64,000 nt of DNA from the human T2T-CHM13v2.0 reference genome, Homo sapiens: NCBI RefSeq assembly GCF_009914755.1, contig NC_060925.1. One strand, written 5' to 3'. The notes under the pieces were generated by a model. The model worked only from the letters and a program-made list of their open reading frames with translations, ran no database searches and was not told the origin of the DNA. The stretch's first letter is position 1, and each line of letters starts with the position of its first letter. This document shows positions 55,256-64,000 of this stretch, in pieces. A program made the position numbers and the translations under genes.

Positions 55256-58200
55256 TTCTGTTCCCTCTTATCCTGGGGTTGACCTAAAGTGGGGCAGGAG
55301 GCAGGTACCTTTCTAGGTACCTCACTGTGTCTGAGCCTTCCTTGCTTCTCTCCTGACTCTCTCACCTTCCCCATCTGCAGAATCTTTTTGTAGTTACTGC
55401 TGTTGTTTTGTTCTGAAGGCAAGGGAGGCTGGCTTTACATCTATATTTCTAAATCTATTGCTTATGCCCTGACAGGCTTTTGAAACCCAGAAGCCATAAA
55501 ATTGACCCTTTGTTTTCTGCATTCTGCTTGGCACTCCCTCTTCTAAGGCAGAAACAGAACATGCATGCTGTTCATCAAATCAGAGGAAGATTTATTATAG
55601 GATAACAGGAAATACCATGAAGAAAAAAAATTGATATAAATATAAACAATATTATCCTGCAACATTACTGTTTTTATGTGTACTTAAATTTTATTATTAA
55701 TTAAATCAGATGACAGTGTCATTTAAAAGACAAAGTTACTTTATGAGGTAGTCAGAGCTCCGTAAATGGAGGTGTTCAAACAGAGCAGGATGGCCATCTA
55801 TTAAGGGTGCAGTAAAAGGAACTTCTCCATTGGTGCTCCCAGCAATGAGTTGATGTTTAACGTCTATTCTAAACCTAATATTTTACGCTTTTTTTTATTA
55901 TATTTTTTCTTTGCTCCACAGGTTTTGGCATCAAAATGGGAATATTTTGAGGTCCCTAGTAATTATAAAAATTTAAAATGGCCTCCCTGGTTTCTAACAA
56001 ATCAGTCAACATTTTTAATAGGACTTGTTCTGAATACCCAAGATTGGCCATTTCTAATTCCATTGGTTCTATTTGTTTTGTAACAACTCTTTCTGTTACA
56101 ATGGCTTGATTGTTCTTTTCTATTTCTTGTGGCCTTTGCCCCATGAATCTTCTATGGAGTGAATGTTTCCTTATTTTTCTTAGAAGAAGAGGAAGAAGCA
56201 TTGCTCTTACCCAAGTTTGGAGAAATCATCTTTAAAAACACGAAAGCCACCTTGGACTTGAAGTCAAGGAACATGTATGTCAGCTCTAGACATGGTTTTT
56301 GTAGTTGTGGTAACCTGAGAAGTTATTCTGTCTCTGAGCTTCAGGTTTTTTAATATGCAACGAGAAGATAGTTCCTATTGTATCAACACAATCAAAATTA
56401 AGTAAAAATGATGAGTCCAGGTGTGAATTGATCCTGAGGTCATAGTGTCATGGCCCCATCTCCATTTCTCTGCCATTCTCTGTATTCCATCCTTCCCTGT
56501 GGGTCAACTCCACACTTCCCCACTTCTTCCCCCTCCCCTGGCTGCCTCCTTTTGTGGTAAAAACAACAGCAATTTTCAGGCCTCTCTTCCACATAGTCCA
56601 CACTTCAAAGGAAGAAGACTGATCTCTTCCAGTAGTTACCATAGATAAAAGAGAAAACCTCTTTCCTGGAAGTTCCAGCAACTGTCCCCTTACACCTCAT
56701 CAGCCAAAACAAGTCACATGGCCATCCTGACAAATTCTTGAGCTGAACAAATGGAAACCAACTAGAGCTTTCTCTGGAGATAAGGTAGAGGCTGTCCCAT
56801 CCTAAGAGTGGAGTCCCCTCTGAATGAAGATCTAGATGCTATTTCTGGGAGAAGGAGATGCAGAGATGGAGAAATGGAGGCTGGGGAGGCATTCACCAAG
56901 GGGCCCATATTCTTATACAGCTCACTAGGCTAATATAAAAATCACAGAAGATTGTGAAAATGACAATGACCTATACCTGTAAAATACTGGACACTGACAT
57001 GCAAAGTGGCATCAGAAGACTAGTTTGATTTCTGGTCCTATCACTTTGAACAATTTACAGAACTCTGAGCCTTGGTTTCCCCATCTATAAAATGGAGATG
57101 TCAGCTAACAACGGAACATGCTTACATATATGTACTTATTATAAATTGCTTTTAGCTTAATCCATGCTAGAATTGAGTCAGCTCTTATAAAGATAGTTTG
57201 AGCTGGTAAATTTGGAGGTCTTGTCTGCAACTTGAGAAAACCACCCCTAATCACATCAATAAGTTCTGAGTAACCATGCCACTGAGATCTTAGATGGAAG
57301 GAATGCTTTGTGAACCAAATTTTTTGTAACATATAGAAAATCAAGTTCATCTGTTCATAAGTCATCATGCCCTGAACCCTTAATCTCCATATCTCTGATG
57401 CAGAAAGATTAATCTTAGAAGGAATAACTGACAACCCACTGCCTCAGGCTACAAAGAAAATGAAAATGTCCTCTATAAATGTGATTCATATTACAAACTC
57501 GTGCACGTTTTGTGCTATCCAGCCTTGTTCAAATAAAAGGAACTTAGTCAACGATTCTGTTGGAGGGTAAGCTTTTTTTTCTTTTTTTCTTATTGTATCA
57601 CTTTCAGAATTGCTAGAAGATAAAAAGAGGCCTGTTTCTTGCTAACACAATCTTATCTATGAGGCAAGCATTCCTAGGGAGTAGTGCGGCTCAGTTGGAT
57701 TTTGTCAGCTTGTTCTGTGACCAAATTCAGACTCAATTATTTACTTAACTTCCCTAAGCTTTAGTATTCTCATAGGAAAGTTGGGGTGATAACAGTACCC
57801 ACCTCATTGTAAGAAATAAATGAGATAATGTATGTTAAATGCACAAAAGGGAGCCTAACACGCGTAATACATGTTAGCCATTACTGTATTTGGATTTCTG
57901 AGAAAAGAGGGAACCTATATTGGAAGAGTACTAGGTTAGGTTGATGCATATTCTGGCTTTAGACCTTTTCCTATCATAACATGTATGTCCCAACATAGCA
58001 GAGACCTGGAACAGAGTACAGATAGGAATCTCTGGCTCACGGCCAACCCCCTTCTTTTCCAACCCTTAACCAAGTCCTGCACCATGATGGGTCTTGGGCA
58101 CATGCTTAGACATCCCAACCTATACAGTCCAAGCTCTACCTATAAACCCTTCCCCTCCAAAGGCAAAGACTACCCTTTGCAATTGGAAGCATATACATAT

Positions 58201-58792
58201 GTGGTAAAGTCTGCCATTGCCACTGGAAGATGGACAGGAGAAGAACTCCACAGGGCATGAAAGGAAGCTGGGGCCATTTGAGCAGGAATTTCAGGGTGCT
58301 TGGGCCCAATAGCATGGCCTATAAAGGAGAGGGAGAGACCTGGGTAGTCACATCCCCTTGGCTCCAGGGACACCTCAGCCTGTGGGGAGAGTATAGCAAT
58401 AGCAGAGCCAAAGAAAGGGCCCTCTAAAGTAGAGGACCCAGGACAGGAGCCCCAGTTGCCTGGATTTAATTAAGAGTGGTACTGATTTCATCTCTTGAAA
58501 CTTGTCCTTTAGAAAATGAGTGCCTAAGGCTATATTTTTTTAAAAAAAATTAAGTTTTATTGATATATAATTAGCATACCACACAATTCACCAAGTTAAA
58601 GTGTACAATCCAATGGTTTCCAGTATATTCACAGAGTTGTGCAACCAGCACCAGGCTCAATTATAGCCCAGTGGGAGGATGAGAAGGGGACACTGGAACT
58701 GGGTCTTCCTCAGGGCTTCTCTCTCCTTCATGTCCTCTTATAAAGTATGTCAGTGCACTGAGTTTCATTCTAATATTTAAAGATATAAATTT

Positions 58793-59107
58793 GGCCGGAC
58801 GCAGTGGCTCATGCCTGTAATCCCAGCACTTTGGGAGACGGAGGCGGGTGGATCACTTGAAGTCAGGAGTTCGAAATCAGCCTGGCCAACATGGTGAAAC
58901 CCCATCTCTACTAAAAATACAAAAATTAGCCAGGGTTAGGGGTGGTGCATGCCTGTAATCCCAGCTACTAGGAGGCTGAAGCACGAGAATTGCTTGAACC
59001 CAGGAGGCAAAGGTTGCAGTGAGCCGAGATCATGCCACTACACTACACAGCCTAGGTGACAGAGCAAGACTCTGTCTCAAAAATAAATAAATAAATAAAT
59101 AAAAATA
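58793..59107 (+). mobile_element. Alu (AluS-like)
   Basis: Full Alu with (TAAA)n tail; TSD AAAGATATAA(A/G)TTT on both sides. Confidence 0.93.
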
Positions 59108-61002
59108 AAGATATAAGTTTCTGGTACACCTCCAATGGGCAACTCAATATCTTCTTAGAGTTCCATGAAGAAATAGTGATCTTTTCCCAAACTAAAGAAA
59201 AAACTTAGCCTCCAAAATATATCTTCCCAAGGGATTTTCAAGGGAAAATGTGGATATACGAACTTTCACTTTATTCACCGAGGTCAGAACCTAATCTCCA
59301 AGAAATATACAAGTGTACTTGACACAGAAGCACAGACAGAGCGTTTCGCTCTGTCCCGACTTCTGCAGGCCCTGTCTGACCGTGACTCAGAGTCAGGTCG
59401 ATCAGTCATCTGCAGCTGTGATCTCCTCAGTTCTTTTAATAGTGCATTTTATCAGTAAAAACAACAACAAACTGGCATCTCCATAATTACACACAGCTAT
59501 CCTTCGCTATCTAAAAATATCAGTTCCTGAGTTGAGATGGTACATTTGGATAGTGAAGAGTATCAGTTTATCCAAATCTATTTGGTTCTGACATCAAGCG
59601 GTCAGAATTTGGATTGCCAAGAATTCATCCTAAAATATATCTGAATTAGTTCAGTTCTTGAGTTTGGGTAGGATAGCTATTTATTTAAAATTATATTTGT
59701 GTACTCCTGTACTAAAATATTATGGGCATTAAAAAATCAGAAAAATCATCATTTTAAATGGAGAAAATAAAAATAAATGCCATAGACGTTCTCATGATGA
59801 TGTTAGTTTTTTGGAGTGTGTGTCCCTGCTTTGGAGAGCGTTCAGGTGGTCTGAGAATCAGGAGTGACCAAGGGTCATGGGGCAGACTGCGGATAAAACA
59901 GCCCAATTTATCTCACTGATTCTCAGAACAGTTCTCTTCTCTCATATATATTCACAGCTATTAGCATGTCTAATGCTTGGGATGACTGCATGTTCTTCAT
60001 GTAGCCTCATTTTATCACTTTATAAGTTTTGATGGTATTAGCAAATTTGTAATAGCTTCTCTCTTCTCTGCTTCACAGTAGATCAAACATTAGCATGTTA
60101 AATGGGCAGTTTATGATTTCTCCTTAAAATAGAATCCTAATTGTGTTTAAAACTACCTTCTCCCTGGGTAGTTTTTTCAATAGTAATTGCCAAAATGCTG
60201 AAAGGTTTCTGTCTCTCAAGAAGTAACAATCTAAATCTGGCCTCTTGTGGCCTCATTCTGAATTTCAAATAAGCATCTGGCCTTTTCTGACCCAGGGAGA
60301 GTCAGTCAGGACTGTACCTATGAACTACAGTTGCTGGTGCAGTTGAGACTTGCAATTTAATTTAATCAATATTTCTGAAGACTTTCCATCTACAAGATTC
60401 AGTAGTCTGAGACTGAGTATCCGGTTTACGTTAGTATTGGGTTAGTGAAAGTGTTATTTATGTGCAGAGTGGCTTAATATATAGAAACCAGGTCTTCAGA
60501 TAACATTCAAATTTTTCATTTCATCTTTGTATCTGGTTGTCATGAAGAGAAAATTGGCTTGTCTATTATAGTGGTCTTCAAACACTTTTTAGTAGCATGA
60601 GATCTCTCTAAGATTGTACTTGGAACCATTATGTATGAAAGAGAAGATTGATCTCAAGTCTACAGGTGCAGGAACCCCAGGTTCCAGCTACTTGGCCTTC
60701 CCTTCTCCAGGACTTCCATTTCCCTTCTTTGTAGAAAAAAGGGAAGGAGCTGGGAGAAAATATTGAAGCACATGATCTAAAATCTCAGTTCTAAAAGAAA
60801 CAGTATGAATGTGTCACTTTGAGCAGGTCATTCAACCCCTCTGTGCCTCTGCTTTTTATTTATTTTTTTGAGACAGAGTCTCACTCTTGTTGCCTGGTTC
60901 TCAAGGGATGGACTAAATCACTGCTATCATCCCTCACAAGACATCACAAAGATGTCTTGAAATTGATGGAGTTCATATTGAAAAACAAAGTCTGTATTTT
61001 AA

Positions 61003-61404
<402 letters not shown>

Positions 61405-64000
61405 TAATTACTCTGCATCAATCAGGCCCAGGTTTCCTCCTGGGCAGGAAGAGGGCAGCCATGACAATTGTTCTTAGCCTAAGCTAAGGCACACAGGTGA
61501 GAAAGAGTTTCCACCTGAATCTTCTTTATGCAGCAACATCAATAGGTAAAACAGTAAACCTGGATGTGCAGCTGCAAGGTTTGTTATCTAACTGACTTCT
61601 TCCTGACAGTGAGAGAAACCACAGGTCCTCAGTCCTCCAGATGCTCTCCATAAGTTCTTAATGACTAGTCTGCTTTCTCGTAAATGTATTAATAACTTAC
61701 TTTGTTTCTAATAACTAAATATTGTGTCTTTCCCTTCTCCCACAAGCGTTCCCCTCCAACTTCTGCTTCTGATCAGTACTGACCCATTCAATGAAAATGA
61801 TTGTGAATATGCTTTGAAATGCTCACGAACTGTGCACATTAGTTACTGTGTTTCATACATGTTTCCAGAAATTCTACATATCACACCTTCTGACATTCAT
61901 TTATCATCAGCTTCAACCACTATTATTTTTCCTTTGTAACTAACCTACACCTCATCTATTCCTCCACAGCCCTGGAAGCCTAAATTCAAGACAGACCTAT
62001 AGCTGGTGGCTCTGCAAGTAAACTGAGCTCTGTCCTTTCCCCACCAGCCAGTTATATTTTCTCAGAATGGAGCCAAAATTCTACACTAGATATGCTGCTG
62101 CCTGGTAATCTTTTCATTAACAGGCCATCCGCCAATTGGAATCATCAATTACTGTTGGCACAGAGAATTCACAGTCCTTTTCCAACAATGAGGGTGGTGG
62201 GCATACCAGGCCTGGATTCATTTCAGCCGCATGGCCCCTTTTTCCTCTCCGTCTCCACTGGGGGGTTTCAGAATCTGCATTGTTTTGTGAAGAGGAGAAT
62301 GGTCAAGGTCCTGGCTAGTGTTGTTTCTGTGGAGGTAGAACCTGTGAACAGGAAGTGTAGCCAGCTGGTGGCTCAAGCTATGGGTCTCCTTTCAATCTGG
62401 GGACCCTCAGGCTCTGCAGCTGAAGGAGAGACAGCTGGAAGGTGGGGGCGAAGGGAGGCAAATGTGGCAAGCAGCTCATTGCCCAGGCCTGACACTTCAG
62501 CCCCTACAACATCAGAGGTGTTTGCCAACAACCCCACCTTCTCTGGAAAGGGTGAGTTATTGACTGTGAAGGAAACACAAATAATGGACGTTATTTTCGT
62601 GCAAAGACAACATGAGACAGGGTTCTCTTTTAGGTAGTGAGTCTTATCAACAATGGCTTCCCTAAGTGCTTCCAAAGTGTCTATCCATTAGGGCCAAAGG
62701 AGGTGCTTTGATTCTCTCTCAGAGGAGAGAGCAGTTTAATAAATCAGCAAGTGGATGGAGCATCTAAATTCAATAATTGTGAAGTGCAGATAAATCACTG
62801 CTGTCAATGCTGACTTTAGACTTTATTCACTCAAAATGGTTAAATTCAAACAGCAATATGCCTACCCAGCATCTGGACACGCACAGCTCATGGCCCCCAG
62901 CCACCAGGCTAGAATGTCTCCCCAGAGTTGGGCCTCATTCCTGGCGGTCTGTTGGGAAGTGAAGACAAAGGAAGGAGGTTGAATTACAGCCTGAGAGATG
63001 ACCCATTCTAGTGGCAGAGAGATTGTGGAAGCTCAAAGTGAATAATTCATTGTGCTGTTTGGCTGTGCATTAGGTTTGATCCCTGGAGCTGCTGATGCAA
63101 AGGAGATCAAGCTCTGGCATCTTACCCCAGCTGCACAACTGGGCTTTCCAACACGTTATTTGTTGTTGATTTGCTCACCAGCAACATGAGGGCGTGAACA
63201 ATGGTACATGATCAAAGCTAGAAGTTTAATAGACTCCAGTTGAGCCAAGACTGGTAGGGTGTTTCCACTTACTCCTCTAGATTTTTCCTCGTAGAATATG
63301 TGGTATATCTACTCTCTCCATTTAAACTCTAAGTTTCATGTGAAATGCAAGAAAGTGCAGCCCTTATATTTATAAACATGTCAACTTGCAAATGGTTGGA
63401 TAGGTATTTGAATTATTGATTGTTAAATATTTAAGCTGAATTCCTCATCCATCAGTTCTCATGAGAAGCCGGGGGGACAGATTTACGATGCTGGAGTTTT
63501 TCTGGTTAGTTGGCAGTTGGCATCTCTATCAATTATAGCTCACACGGTAAGTTCCGCAGCGTTCATTGCAGGCACTCAGAATCAGTGTCTATTCTTCCTT
63601 TCAGAGAGAGTTTGTGCAACAAGAGCTTCTGAAAGGAAAAGAAAAAGTAACATGCCGTCTCTGAATTATTGCTGCCACTTTCTGAGGTTTTGGTGGGTCT
63701 GATTGTGTCTCTGGCTATAACGTAGTTGAAAGATCAAGATTTTTAGAGGCAGATAGATCTGGATTTCAGTTCCAGCTCCCTCACTTCCTTAATCCTGTGA
63801 ACCTGAACAATTTTCTTCATACCTCTGAATCTCAATTTCTTTATCTAAAAAATAAAGTCTCATGATTCTGTTTCATTAGTGAAATTTAAACAAAGACTCT
63901 TGCTCACACTCATTCTCACTTCTTCTGCCTCCTAAACAGCCCAGGTGCTTCCCTGTATGGCCCTTCCTGGTGTGGCCCTGTGTGGCTTGGCATACCCTTT

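Noticed and set aside
62092-62637. 181-aa ATG ORF
   Set aside because: No recognisable homology, splice or promoter context; cannot be supported from sequence alone.

Overview
Primate, most likely human, genomic DNA covering the 3' end of NFIA (Nuclear Factor I A) on the + strand. Bases 1-16115 are an Alu-free last intron with several enhancer-like blocks. The terminal exon starts at 16116 and is read in two frames, giving the C-termini SWYLG* or [26 protein letters not shown] ~7.4 kb 3' UTR with many miRNA sites ends near 23601. The remaining ~40 kb is repeat-rich intergenic DNA (about 20 Alu pieces, L1, MaLR/ERV LTRs, HSMAR2, MER44, MER53, MADE1, a 35/36-bp minisatellite). Three things stand out. 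(1) A ~600-bp, ~98% identical inverted duplication ~4 kb past the poly(A) site: it was copied after an AluY insertion, sits inside a TA-rich microsatellite and carries a fold-back template-switch scar. (2) A strong upstream 3' splice site at 16000 with retained CpGs and an open frame into SWYLG, predicting additional NFIA C-termini. (3) A higher-order minisatellite whose units resemble splice acceptors. Apart from the NFIA exon, the ORF track looks spurious. Repeat subfamily names are from memory of consensus sequences, not from a search, and some of these features may already be annotated.
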